From contig OZ038378.1 in assembly GCA_964036045.1 (NCBI GenBank), positions 194,618,001 through 194,682,000 on the forward strand: a DNA stretch of 64,000 nt. Direction: 5' to 3'. The translations under genes were made by a program, and so were the position numbers. This document shows positions 36,401-47,592 of this stretch, piece by piece. Positions within the stretch are counted from its first letter, which is position 1. Each line of letters opens with the position of its first letter. This stretch comes from Eutreptiella sp. 'Long Island Sound 2002' (taxonomy: Eukaryota; Protista; Euglenida). Below the pieces are notes generated by a model. The model did not search any database and was not told the DNA's origin. It was given only the letters and a program-made list of their open reading frames with translations.

Positions 36401-38907
36401 AGAGATGTGGGGGGGGGGCGTGGGGGAGGAAGGTGTGGGGGGGAAAGGTGTGGGGGGGAGGTGTGGGGGGAAAGGTGGGGGGGGGGGGTGGGGGGGGGCA
36501 TGTGGGGGGGCGACTTCGTGCATACTATTGGTCCTCTAGTTGGTCACTCACAAGGCGGTGAGGATTTTGGGTGTGGTCGCGTTCCCGGCTGCCATGCTCC
36601 TGCAGGGGACTGTCTCTAAAGCCATGGGGTTGATGGAAAGAGAGCAGCATTTTTGATATTGTGACGACCCATGATGATCCAAAAAAACTCTTGAAGCCTG
36701 ATCTATGGCTGTTTTGTGTGTTTTGGCGGATTTGGCATCTTGCACCAGGGCGGGGGCTGGGGGGGAAGCGACCCCCGCAACAACCAGCACAACCTCAGCG
36801 CGCCAACTACTGGGCCCCGCTAGCGCGGAAACGACACCAGAAGGAACACCGGCCGCAGCGGCCGTCAGACAGCATTGACCCAACATTGCACGCGAAGGAA
36901 AGAACGGGTGACCGTCCAGGGAACCGTAGAGAAACTGCATCCCGACGAATGGTCGCACAGGGGCGGGGGGGAGGGACGCTGTGCAGCATGTCATGTTGTC
37001 CTCACAGCCGACCTCAAGCCTTGGGCATGAGTACGGCTCATTGGAGGCGATGGTGGAGGTGGTCAGCAACATGGAGGAGGCTGTGGATTGGATTACAAAG
37101 TACGGTAGTGCTCACACAGAGTCTATCGTGACTGAAGACAAGGAGGTGTGTTGCAGATGGAAGCATAGCGTGGCTGTCTGCAAAATTGTGCGCTGAAGTG
37201 CCGGATTCTGGGGGCAGGCAGCACTTACCGCTCAGTGTGCAGGCGAACGGCTACAGAGCCGGTGAAGGTGCGCCAGGGATTGGCTTTCGGGGTATCTCCT
37301 GCGAGCACGCCGACGGCTGACAGCAACGGGTTGCTGTGTTTGTGCTGCCGTCAAGTTGCCTCGCCACGGTCACAGGCTGCCGAGACGTTCTTGAAGCAGG
37401 TGGATTCCGCTGATGTCTTCCACAACAGCTCGACGCGCTTTGCTGACGGATATCGTTATGGTCTGGGGGCTGAGGTGTGGTTTCGTATTATGATGCACCT
37501 TCTCCCACCTGCTGGGGGGAATCGGGGGGCGACAGAGGTCACGGGGGAAGGTGTGACCTGCGGGGCCGGAGCCTCCCCACCCCCTCCGCACCCCTCAACC
37601 CATGCCACTGGGGGGCATTCTTTTCAATAGGCCTCTCTCTGGGCCAATGGCCCCGAGACCGCTGGGGTGATGTAGCCGCAATCCACCCGTTCGTGGTGTG
37701 GCCCCAGTATGGGGAACGGGTTTTTACCCCCCGATTTGGGGTTGTTCAAACCGCTAAGACTCAAACCGGAAACTTGAGATTGCTGCTCATCCCCCTTCCT
37801 CCCTCCCACGATCTTGCAATTTTTGAACCCCCCCCCCTTTTACCCCCCACCCAACAGGTGGATTCACCCACCACCACGAACCCACCCATCCACGAGTGGA
37901 GGATTCATGTACACACACTCGGAAGTACCAACCGGCATACCCACTCAGCCTTCATGGCACACACCCCGGGGGTTGGGCCAGCAAGGGAGTGGGCATTGCA
38001 GGGGTGTATGCTGCTGCGGTGACCAGTGGATTGACATTCTATTCCCACAAAATTGCGCTTTTCTTTGCCCAATTTCAATAGGCATAAACCCGTACCCAAT
38101 CTCCAGTGCCACACCTGAACTAAGCTGTGGCAGCTTGGACTGGAAAGACAGATATTTCTGAGACCCTCAGTGGGTGGTTCCGTGAAATGACCTTCTCCCC
38201 TCAGACAATCCGAGGGTTTGGGCAAAACTGCATGGTGGTGATAGGAGTTTGCTTTTTTTTTTCTTGAAGGGGGGGATTTAGGGGAATTTTCAAAACCAAA
38301 TTGAAAATGTTGTTAAATCTTCGAAAATTACCCATTTGAATGTGCAGTTGAAATGCTTAATGGGGAATTCAAATATGCTAGCAAACCGTTCCCCCCTCTG
38401 TGACCCTCCGACGCGTTGGGGCATTGGTGTCTAGAAGTAAAGTGAAGCACCTCCCATGAAAACTGATTTTTAGTTTCAGCAGCAGACCGCTGTCCCGCTT
38501 GCACATTCACCCCCACAGCGTCTCCCAGAATTTCCACATTTGGAGGGTTTAGCAAGACTGCCACTAGTTCCAGCCAGCCCCAAATGCCACGGCAGTGAAT
38601 TGCCCAATGGTCCAAACAGCAACTGCTGGAAAACGCGGTCAAGTCGCCATCGTTGGATTGTCTGCCCTCCTGCGGCGACGTTCCCACCTCCAGTCTGTCA
38701 TCCTCCTCAACCCGACGTGCGCACTGCCGCCGTGTCCAGGTGGGCATCTCGACCAGCCGCATCCATGCCCGTGGGCCCGTTGGAGTACAGGGGCTGCTGA
38801 CGACGAAGTGGGTCATGCGATCCCAGTCCAAGCACACCGTCGCCCAATTCAACAAGGGGTTGTGGGCGTACACCCACAAGCCGATGGCCGTGACTGAGTC
38901 CCAGTGA
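15401..38907 (+). CDS. P5CS: Delta-1-pyrroline-5-carboxylate synthase-like protein: degenerate glutamate-5-kinase-like domain fused to an intact gamma-glutamyl phosphate reductase; 16 exons, 641 aa
   Basis: Exons 15401-15495, 15772-15886, 15974-16075, 18085-18225, 18782-18886, 20551-20718, 21060-21231, 21874-21986, 22491-22589, 25170-25276, 27296-27416, 30677-30745, 31638-31751, 37008-37145, 37376-37474 and 38740-38907 total 1926 nt in frame. ProA motifs: [66 protein letters not shown] (catalytic Cys), [43 protein letters not shown]. Intron 11 is GC-AG. Confidence 0.93.
16712..16992. mobile_element. Foldback palindrome / MITE-like element in P5CS intron 3
   Basis: Arms 16712-16843 and 16861-16992 are imperfect reverse complements (e.g. 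GACGGCTGGT...ATGTTCTTGGCACT and ATCAAGTGTAAC/GTTACACTTGAT) around a 17-nt loop. Confidence 0.85.
19060..19181 (+). repeat. 3'-end fragment of dispersed repeat A
   Basis: Shares GCGAAGGGAAGAACGGGTGAC...CAGGGCCCCGTAAAG...ATGTCGCAC with 30230-30320 and 47500-47592, and ends at a 14-G run. Confidence 0.8.
22115..22240. repeat. Degenerate TGGGCACTGGG(G) minisatellite in P5CS intron 8
   Basis: About six recurring gggcactggg/gggcattggg cores. Confidence 0.7.
23557..24712 (+). mobile_element. Probable 5'-truncated retroelement insertion bounded by a 22-bp direct repeat (candidate TSD)
   Basis: GAAATCAACACCCCAACTCATT (23557-23578) and GAAATCAACACCCCAGCTCATT (24691-24712) match at 21/22. A short A-rich run precedes the second copy, and broken protein-like ORFs lie inside. 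Confidence 0.45.
28803..29040 (+). repeat. Dispersed repeat B (GGCGCCAAAGGCGCC hairpin family)
   Basis: Similar to 41995-42270. It contains GGCGCCAAAGGCGCC (28888-28902) and the palindrome CTCAAAATGATC...GATCATTTTGAG. Confidence 0.75.
29417..30320 (+). mobile_element. Dispersed repeat A, ~900-bp copy (probable non-autonomous retroposed element)
   Basis: Colinear and highly similar to 46697-47592 throughout, with small indels. It ends at a G run. Confidence 0.85.
32469..33027. repeat. Tandem array of 12 units of 48/46 bp (mostly alternating, a 94-bp higher-order repeat), most with GGGGTTAGGG
   Basis: Unit starts (GTGGCCCC) at 32479, 32527, 32573, 32621, 32667, 32715, 32761, 32807, 32855, 32901, 32949 and 32995. 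The core is GTGGCCCCTTGAGTTGGGGTTAGGGACTC(A/T/G)CAATCCAC, followed by linker GCTTTGTTGC or GCTTCGGT. Confidence 0.95.
33160..34400 (+). mobile_element. Decayed DDE DNA-transposase remnant (P-element/THAP9-like DxxH type; superfamily uncertain)
   Basis: Broken ORFs 33059-33556, 33608-34066 and 34063-34383 read [10 protein letters not shown]...[27 protein letters not shown], then [14 protein letters not shown], then [15 protein letters not shown]. The SDG followed by DxxHxxKRxxR order resembles P/THAP9-type transposases. Possible ~50-bp inverted termini at 32256-32306 and ~36090-36141. Confidence 0.6.
36769..36959 (+). repeat. Diverged 3'-end fragment of dispersed repeat A
   Basis: CCAACTACTGGG...GGAAACGACACCAG...GAAAGAACGGGTGACCGTCCAGG...GGTCGCACA followed by a G run. 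Confidence 0.75.
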
Positions 38908-41476
38908 ACGCCCACGCTGTAGTCTGGAGGACTCACGTGCGTGGATGACAGCATTGCTCTGTGTCGCCCACTTGAGAACGGGGCCAAAAGGGGTTTGAAA
39001 CCGAGAAACCGAGAACCCGCTTATTTGTAGGATGCTGTGTGGCCTGGTTCGTGTGATGAGCGGTGTATTGTGCTAATCGCTGACCATGGGAATATCCGGA
39101 CTGCACCGCAGCTTAAGTCGCTGCAAGGTCACCGCCGAGAATACCCTGGCACTGCATGGGGCACTGTACGGGCTTCTCTATTTGATATGTTATGCATCTT
39201 CGGGGGAAGAGACTGCTGAATATAAGTGGAATCATGGCCATGCAAATTCTGTCGAAGTACGTTCTGGGGGTGTCAGCACATGTGTTGCCGTTGTTGTTGT
39301 TGTTTGGGCAAAGGACCATTTTTCATTGGGCATTGAGAAGAGCGTGTGGGTGGGCGCAGGAGGATGGGGCTTCAGCGATCTGTTGGCCGCAATGAAGACG
39401 TGCAATGTTCCTGGGATCACGGAGAGGAGTGTGTTCATATTGTTGTGCAGTGGCCCGCAGACGTAATTGTTTGGTCTCACAGCCTGGGTGACCCCTCCTT
39501 AATCATTTTCTTTGGTTATATATTTGTAGTATACAGGGACAGTGTTGGAGGATACAGGTGTGCAAGATGGCGACGGGGCAGGTGCGCAGCACACACTTTG
39601 CACACGTGGACGTCTGCATGGCGTGGGTGTGCCAGACCAGCGGCTTTGTACACTTGTCAGGGACAGTGGTCTGCCACAATGCAGTGGTCAATGTCCTCGG
39701 GTTTGGCAAGTCAGTTCCGTGGGGGGTTTCAAAGTACGGGATGACCAGGCATTTTAGGTGTGCCTTTTGATTGGGCTTCGGCTTGAAAGATCCATGATTG
39801 CCAAGCCCATGGTGTACGGCATGAGTCATATATTGAACCCTGTGTTCGTCTTCGCGAGCCTTGGGTCAACCAGAGAACTGTGGGGTAACACAGGGTCTTG
39901 CACCCCTGGCCCGAAAGTGGCCTTACTTCGACCAATGAGGCGTGGGTTTGGCAGAGCAACACGCCCGTATTATGTGTACGCAGACATCCATGGATGCCCA
40001 AGAGTATGTGCTAGAAGAAATGGGCCACACCAATCGCGACTGGAACTGGTCAGCGAGCCAGCACACTCCACCTCCCTCCTATGCCTATGATGTTGACCCG
40101 CACCGATTGCTTTTTGGCACGTCCTTGGTGGTAACCAGTACGTACCCCTCTGCACGTCCGATGCTGGTGGTGTGATGACAAGATGTACGTGACAGCTGAC
40201 GTGCTGTGGTGCTGATCATTCGCTCGTTGGCTCCTGCTCTTTTCCATAAGGGATCTGGAAGCCAAAGATTGGTACCCAATTGGCCTAGCCTTAAAATCTG
40301 CGCTGCGCCATGAGGCCGCTTGAGGCGCTACAGAGTGTAGCGCAACCAATGCATCAATCAGTGAGTGGGTGTTGGGTGACCAGGATTCCATTATTCCGAT
40401 TCAGCCATATTGTGAGCCCGTTTGGGATTCATCAAAAGAAAATCCTGCAACATTTTGAGAGACAGTGCGATCGCAAAAATACATGTGCATCAACTCCAGC
40501 AATCCGGCGTTGGGGCATTGTGGCAACATCTTCCCTCATCAAAGTGGGTGCATCCACACTCGGCACAGGTGCGTGACACCTGCAAAAGAGAAAGCATGTA
40601 GCTTGGGATCTTTGCAATATTTAGCAGCACTCACCACAGTGGTTTGGTGAGGATTGTGCGGGGGTCTGTGAAGGGTTGGAGGCGGCTGGTCAGGCCTGCA
40701 ACAGGGTGGGAGACGGGTGGGTGAGAGAGAGAGAGAGAGCCAAGGCGAGGCATGGCTGGCATGGCATGGCACGGCAGGGTGTGCTTATCATCTGTGTCCC
40801 ATTTTGGAGGCCATTTACCCCAAAAATTGAACGAAATTGATGCGTCCAATTTTGTGTGCACATACGTGTTGTATGTTGGTAAAGGTTGAGGAAGGTTGCA
40901 AGAGGGTTAGGAGAGGCTAGAAGCTACCGGATTGGGCATTGTGGGGTGAACCTCAAAGGTGAAGAAATTTGTCGGTGAAAACATCTGTGTTCGTTCGCTT
41001 GTGTTATCTCTTTGTGTAGGAGCTGTCTGCTTTGCAGTTGCCTGAGGCTCAATTTTGTGGCATCGTGTCAAACTGCGCAACCTCTTGTCGCCCGCTTGCA
41101 CGCGCGTGCATTTATGCTTTGGTTTCTTTCTCTGCAGACCATGCACCGTTGTTTTATGTTTGCGTGGATCTTCAAGTTCGACCACAATTTGTGGTCCCTG
41201 CTCTAGATTGCAACTGGTATGCCATATGCTACCTGCTACCTGATGCCTTACTGCCGACAAAAAGTGAAGTTACTTGTGGCCGGGATGTAGTAGAACCCCC
41301 TAACAACATAGGAGGAGGGACCCCCCACAGGAGGAGGGGGGGGGGGTCAGGCCAGAACCCCCCATTGAAACCCCCTGCACTTCCTCTCTTCCCATTCATG
41401 TTTATGACTGTCTGAAGGCCTGACAAGAATTGAGCACTCAGCGCTTTTCTGAGTGTCTTTTTGTCACGTTTTACGC

Positions 41477-41525
41477 ATGTGTGTGTGTGTGTGTGTGTGT
41501 GTGCACGCGCGCGTGTGCGTGTGCA
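41477..41525. repeat. (TG)n/(CG)n microsatellite
   Basis: TG run with a short GCACGCGCGC interruption. Confidence 0.85.
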
Positions 41526-41994
41526 TTACATTGTGCGTGGGACACATGCAAGACCATGGGAGGGTGAATGCCTGTTGCACACACCTCATGAGGTGATGTC
41601 GGTGGCATACACCACCTGCGGGAGAGGCATGATCGTGCCTGCTGTTTCGGTTTGATTCGAGGCCTGTGCCAGGGCCTGGACTCGTTTTGAGGCAGGCGTG
41701 CAGGAGGGGCTTGTACATGCTGCAGGCCAGCGACGGTACCGCTCCCACAACCCTGCGCCCCTGTCAACCACGTGTGCACTTTCTATCCTTGTGCCCCTTT
41801 CGCAGTCTGCAGTGAGATATGGAAAACAACGGTGATCACGGCACACAAGATCATGTATGTTTTGTATTTGACGCAAGGTGAGGGTCGAAGGCCGGGGCAT
41901 GAGAGAGGGGAACGGAGATGTCAGGTGGGGGGGGGGGGGGGGGGGTTGTGTGGAAGAGGATCCAGGAGGGCCCACAGTAATACTGTGACTGGGC

Positions 41995-42270
41995 AACCTG
42001 AAAATTGCTCTGCGGGGGGGGGGGGGGGGGGACATGGACGCCCGCCGAAGGAGGGGGGGGGGGTTGGAGAAATGGGGTTCCGTGTCGGGCCCTTTGTTTT
42101 GTGTAAGAACGGATGTTGGCGCCAAAGGCACAGGAACACAAAATTTGGCCCGAAAAAGTTTTTTCCACCAATAATTTCCCCCCTCCACATTTGAGTAGTC
42201 AAAATGATCAGCGCGACGTGGGCATCATTTTGAGCCATAGATGTTGGGTTGACCCCCCCCCCCCCCGGCA
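41995..42270 (+). repeat. Dispersed repeat B, second copy
   Basis: GAAATGGGGTTCCGTGTCGGGCCCTTTG...GATGTTGGCGCCAAAGGC...CATTTTGAGCCATA...GTTGAC matches 28803-29040. Confidence 0.75.
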
Positions 42271-43136
42271 CGGCAGGTCGGGCGCCCCTGCCCTGAACCC
42301 CCCCCTCCCGTCATGGCGGCCAAGGAGGGAGGGGGGGGGGGGTTGGGAAAATGGGCTTCCGTGTCCCCCCCCCCCCCTCCGCAGAGCAATTTTCTTCCCG
42401 CCCTGCATGCACCAGCAGCCCACCCTCGACCCTGAGCTGTCTTCCGCAGCTGCGGCAACTTCCCACTCATCACATGGCCCATAGCCCCCGTTCTTGGCTG
42501 CTTTGGAGGTGGGCTTGGCATGGGCGCATGTTGGGGTTTTGGCACTGGGCGGTCTCTGAAGCATGCCCTTTGGACGCCCCAGAGGTTGGCTTCGCCCATC
42601 CACAGGCGCACAAAACGATCCCTGAGGTCGCCGGCCCCCACCGTTCCAAATCCTCGGCGTTTCCCCTTGGCAAGGCTTGCGCTTGAATGGGGGAAGGGAT
42701 GCCCAGCCCCCCCCCCCCCCCCACCTGCTTCTCTTCGGGGAGGCAATCAGTCCTGCCAACCGCTTCCGTCCGCCCCCACCGGCCCTTCAACCAGTCTGCC
42801 CCCGCCGGGAATCGGTTTTCCAACCGCTGGTAACCGCTTTGGAACAGGACATTTTCGCCGCAGCCAAGGCCATCCACCACCACCACCACCACCACCATCA
42901 CCACCCCCACCACCGTCACTCCCAATGGTTGCCACATTCAAGGCAACCGCCGACGAGGTACTCCCAACCCCTACGCCAAATTGCCTCCCCCGCCAAACAC
43001 GGCAACACCGCCACCGCCACCGCCACTGCTGTTACGCACCAACAAACAGCAGTACCCACAGTAGCACCAATGTGGAGTAAGACAACCCATAACCCCATCC
43101 CCCCTATGGCCCCCCTTGGGGCTATATGATTCAAGA

Positions 43137-45400
43137 TGAATGCCAGAGATGAGGGGGGCAAAGCAGTGCTGGTTCGTGGAATCGGTGGAAGAGGTGGCGC
43201 AACCGTTGCGGTTCGCAGCGCGAAAGGTGGCCACCCAACGGAGCACGGCGCGCACGGTCGACTTCACAATTTTGTACCCATGTTTTGACCAGAAGCTATT
43301 ATTGGAGAGAGTGAAGAAAGCAATCACGGAGGCATGGACCTCGGAGGAGCAGGAAGGGAGGGACAGGGGAGTACACGAAAGGGTACCCACAGAAACGGTG
43401 CGCCTCACAAACGAAGGACGGAAGCACGGGGGCCGCTCCTAGTCGGGACCCGACCCCAAAGGGGGGAGGGGGGGGCTCTACGGACCCCAAAATTGTCATA
43501 TGGAACAATGTGCTTTGTCGGCGCCAGGGGCGCCGGAGATTTTGTTTTAGGCATAGGGCAGGGGGAAATTTTTTTGTTTGACCCGATGTGTCTGTACTCA
43601 AAATACTCAGAATTTCGTGGAGAATTCAAAAATGGCTGAAAAGCACAAAAAAGGATTTTGACCCTGACCCGGCCTCTGGGTCGGACCTTGGCTGATGGGA
43701 GCCTTTTTGAGCGTTAGCCAGGGCGATCGTTATGGGACGTGATTTTTTTTTCGTTAAGGTCCCCCGCTTTGAAGTGGTGGGGACCCCCCAGGCGGCAGGG
43801 GTTATGTAGCCACCTTCGTCTGGGTGCCAGAACGGGCACGTTGCTTTGCGAAGGCACGTCCTCCCATACCAGCACCTTTGCTTCTGAGGCTTCTCACGGG
43901 CCCCTCGCCTGTTCTTTTGGAGTTCCACAACATCCGGTGAAACCACGCGCGCAGCTCCCCACGTCTCAATTCCCTAGCTGTCCACCATCGCACCAAGAAT
44001 TTCCCCCACACCCGGTCCATTTCACGAGTGCCATACCCCCGCTGTAGTGCCGCCAATGCAATCTTCCGTACCCTGGCTTTAAACTGTCTTATGGTAGAGC
44101 ACGTCCTTTGTGCTCTGATGAACTGCCCTGTGAGCACTCCCAACCATTGACCATCCGTGACCATGTTGTTCGTGTCGGGGTAATGCTGGATACGCACCGG
44201 GTAGTGCATGTCACGGAAACCCCGTAGAAAACCCTGTGTTCTCCCCCTTTGTTGCCCATTCAAGTTCCATCCCCAAGAAGACCATTTGCTCGCTTGTCCA
44301 CAGCAGTACGAGTCAATCTCGGGATCTAAGTACACTCTTAGAACATACCATAGCTTCTTCCCTTGTCAAGGACAGGGATCAAGGATGACAAAGAAGGAGC
44401 AACTTATATTCCTACCTTGAGTATACCTGCAGAGCGACCTGGGGTCGCCACGACTCATGTTTGGCCCTTGTCTTCTCACCTATGACAAGTTTTCTTTGCT
44501 CCAGGGACTTGCATGGGTGAGTCTGGTGATATTCTGATCCGCCCTGTTATCCTCCTAGTGGTACACGTCCGTTTGGCCCATGGCGGTGTGCAGGCCGTGT
44601 TTTGTGGTGCCTCCTCTCGCCGTTGCAAGCCCTTTTGTATTAGTGCGTGCCGTAGACCCAGGATATGATATGATAAATCCACCTCATGTAGCCACTCCCG
44701 GTATGTCTTTTCCATATAATGCAGCCATTTACCCACCCTCTTATACCAAATACCGTCATAGTGCCGGTCCCTTAGAACACTTTGGCACCCATTGTTGTAC
44801 ATGTCCTGTGCCTCCCGCATCATTCTAGTGGTTTGGTACTTAATCCTGGGTGCGGACAATTTCTCCATCACTTTTTGATGCCCTATAGTATCCTGGGTGA
44901 ACTCAAGGTATTTTAGTGCCTTCATGGCTTCCTGCTTTCATGGAAAACTTGGCTTCCACTGTGTAACATGCCAAGTTCGCCAACTGTGGGGCGCACGATA
45001 AGCTCATTCCAAACCCCCTTACTTGGCGCCGCAATCTGCCTCCACGCCTGATGTACCCGTTGGTGACTACAAACTCCACCAACTCCATCACTTGGTCCAG
45101 TGTCCATGCTCCGAGTAAGTCCGCTGCTGTGGCCTCTGCGTCAACCCACTTCCAACCACGGGGGGCGCCGCCAACCAATGTGTAACCTCGAGGGGTGTTC
45201 GACAGTTTGGGGGGCTGTAGGGGGGGGGACCCCCCCCCCCTTCGTTGACCCAAACCCAGCAGAGCGGGGAACAGAATCAGAGGTGGCCCACAAGTGGGCA
45301 AGGTGGCTACATAACCTCTGCCGCCTGGGGGATCCCCACCGCTTCAGAGCGGGGGGCAGAATCAGAGGTGGCCCCCAAGTGGGCAAGGTGGCTACAGAAG
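43137..45400. mobile_element. Second Penelope-like RT remnant with an internally inverted segment and a C-terminal CCCH finger
   Basis: Plus strand 43140-43440: CWFVESVEEVA...TARTVDFTILYPCFDQKLLLERVKKAITEAW (motif A). Minus strand ~45200-43630: GWKWVD...WTLDQVMELVEFVVTNGYIRRGGRLRRQVRGFGMSLSCAPQLANLACY (motif B), VFLGMELEW, GVLTGQFIRAQRTCST...RGYGTREMDRVWGKFL (thumb), and CWYGRTCLRKATCPFWH (43874-43824). Confidence 0.75.
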
Positions 45401-46696
45401 GGGGGACTCACGCAACGGAAACAGGTGGTTTTCAGCGCACAGTGCACACAGTGCAAGGACGCCCACAAGAACTAGGCGCCCTAGCAGGACGGCATGGTGG
45501 ATCACGGCGGGCAGAGGACAGGAGAGATTCACAACGAACGACTTACTGGCATGTAGGGGATTTGGGGAAGCGGTGGAGGAATGGGACTTGTGATCCCAAC
45601 AATTGGATGGCTCGCCAGCACATGACAGCACGCAGCACACAGTACAGCAGACCAAAGCAAAGTGGTGTACCACAACAACAGCGGTGGACAGCCACACCAC
45701 CCGCCGCGAGCACCAACACTAGCCCGCCCGACACCCAACACCCAGGGTAGGAGGGTGGGGCCAGACCCACCACATGGGCACTTCACCCAAACACAGCTAC
45801 TGCCGCCCACAAACAAGGCGGGCACGTGGAGCATCACCAAGGGCCCACGACCCCACACCCCAATGCCAACACGGCGCCCACCACACACACAACAACCAAG
45901 GCCACACTAACACCCAACATAGCAGGGGTGCTTCCCTGATGCACTCCCAGAAGCCATCACCATCCCAACCACACCGGGAGGAGAAGGCAACCCAAACCTA
46001 AGTAAGGGGGTCGCCCCTGCGGGTGGTTGGCAGCTGGCTACGCGGTTGTCCATTGGGCAGCGACCTGAAACATGTACTGCCCGTGAGTAGCTAAGTTCTG
46101 TCACCGGGGCCTAGTGCAGGGGCCTTGGGCACGCTTATGAGACACAACGTCCAAATCATTGGTGGTCACTGCACACGACCAACCAGGGGGTGGACTCACA
46201 CGAGTCCCTAGCTCCGGGGTGTGGACAGCCCGGAGTGAGAAGTTCTCAGAGCCCCTCAGTAGCCCAGGATGCAAAAGAGCAACAACGCATCACATTCACC
46301 CCCAACAACCCCAACAACCCCAAGAAACACCGGTAACAGGTCAGTTTGTAGATTTGGAGACATGTGCAAAAGTGCCTGGTGCCCCTAGTACCACCCAACT
46401 GAAAGTGGGACAACCCGACAGCCACAATGGGAGGCAAGGAGCGACATGCTGCCCCCCCCCCCCCCGGCGCCGCACACCAGCAACGGTGAGCGTGCCAGCA
46501 GAAGAAGAAAGAGCCCGAAATTGGGAGGAAGGCAAGCAGCAAAGCAACTGGGCACAGAGCCACACGGCAGTGAGACACAGGACACACAACAATACACAAG
46601 GGAACCATGAGGTGCGAGCACTGCAGCAACCACCAAATGCGGCCACGCTGAGCGAGCCATCAGCAAACCCCCCCCCCCCCTCCCCCTACAAGGTGC

Positions 46697-47592
46697 TCAC
46701 GCACTCCACAAGGGCGGGTGCTGCGGCCGGTGCGCCGGGAGGTGCCCGCCATGGGGGTGGCAATAGGGCCGTGACCAGCCAACTACGCACGGGACAGTCC
46801 AGGTCGTACGGAGATGTGAAATCCTTGTACGGGGGGGGGCAGGCGGGTGGGACAGGAGGGGGTGCGCGGCAGGGGCACCCAGGAGCGCCAACAGACAGGG
46901 GGTGGGAGGAGCCTCACAAACACACAGAACGCGGGAGCCACACTAGGAGGAACAAGGGCGAGCATAGCAGACAAGGAGGAGGGGCACAGCAAGGCAGGAG
47001 AGGCAACCAGAACAGTGGGAACAGGGAACCAGAATGGAGGGGATGGGAGAGCGTGCGCATGGGAGGCAGCGACAACAAAGGGGATGGCCTGGCTAGCAAC
47101 CCCTGCTCAACCGGCATCAGGTGGGGGGTGTCTCCCGCAGCCCAGATGGGCTGTTTGCGCAACAGGAGCGGGAGCCCACCAGCCGTGAGGGGGAAAAGGA
47201 CATATGGTGGACGGCCGGGACAGCGCGTGAAGGAACAGGGCACCTGGGCCTCACGCACACAGAAACACAGAAACACAGCGAGGCAGGCTATAGACGGCCT
47301 GTGGACAGAGAGGCGTGGACAGCAAAAACAGTCAACGACCCCGGCAACAACCAGCACATCCTCAATACGCCAACTATTGGGCGCCGCTGATGTGCAAACG
47401 GCACACCATGCCACATTCAGCACAGCCCCAACACACCAACTACTGAGGTCTGCGAACCCGGAAACAACACCAGCAAGAGCACCGGCCGCAGCGGCCGGCA
47501 GAAAGCTGCAACCCGACGCAACATGCGAAGGGAAGAACGGGTGACTGTCCAGGGCCCCGTAAAGGAACAACAACCAGACAGAATGTCGCACA
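46697..47592 (+). mobile_element. Dispersed repeat A, ~900-bp copy
   Basis: Highly similar to 29417-30320. Preceded by a poly-C tract (~46667-46686) and followed by G runs. Confidence 0.85.

Noticed and set aside
39000-40650. Scattered protein-like ORF fragments after the P5CS stop
   Set aside because: No recognisable motif or consistent exon chain. It may be a decayed element but is unsupported.
46159-47544. 461-aa plus-strand ORF
   Set aside because: It is low-complexity, has no domain motifs and is largely made of repeat A, whose other copy has indels that break this frame.
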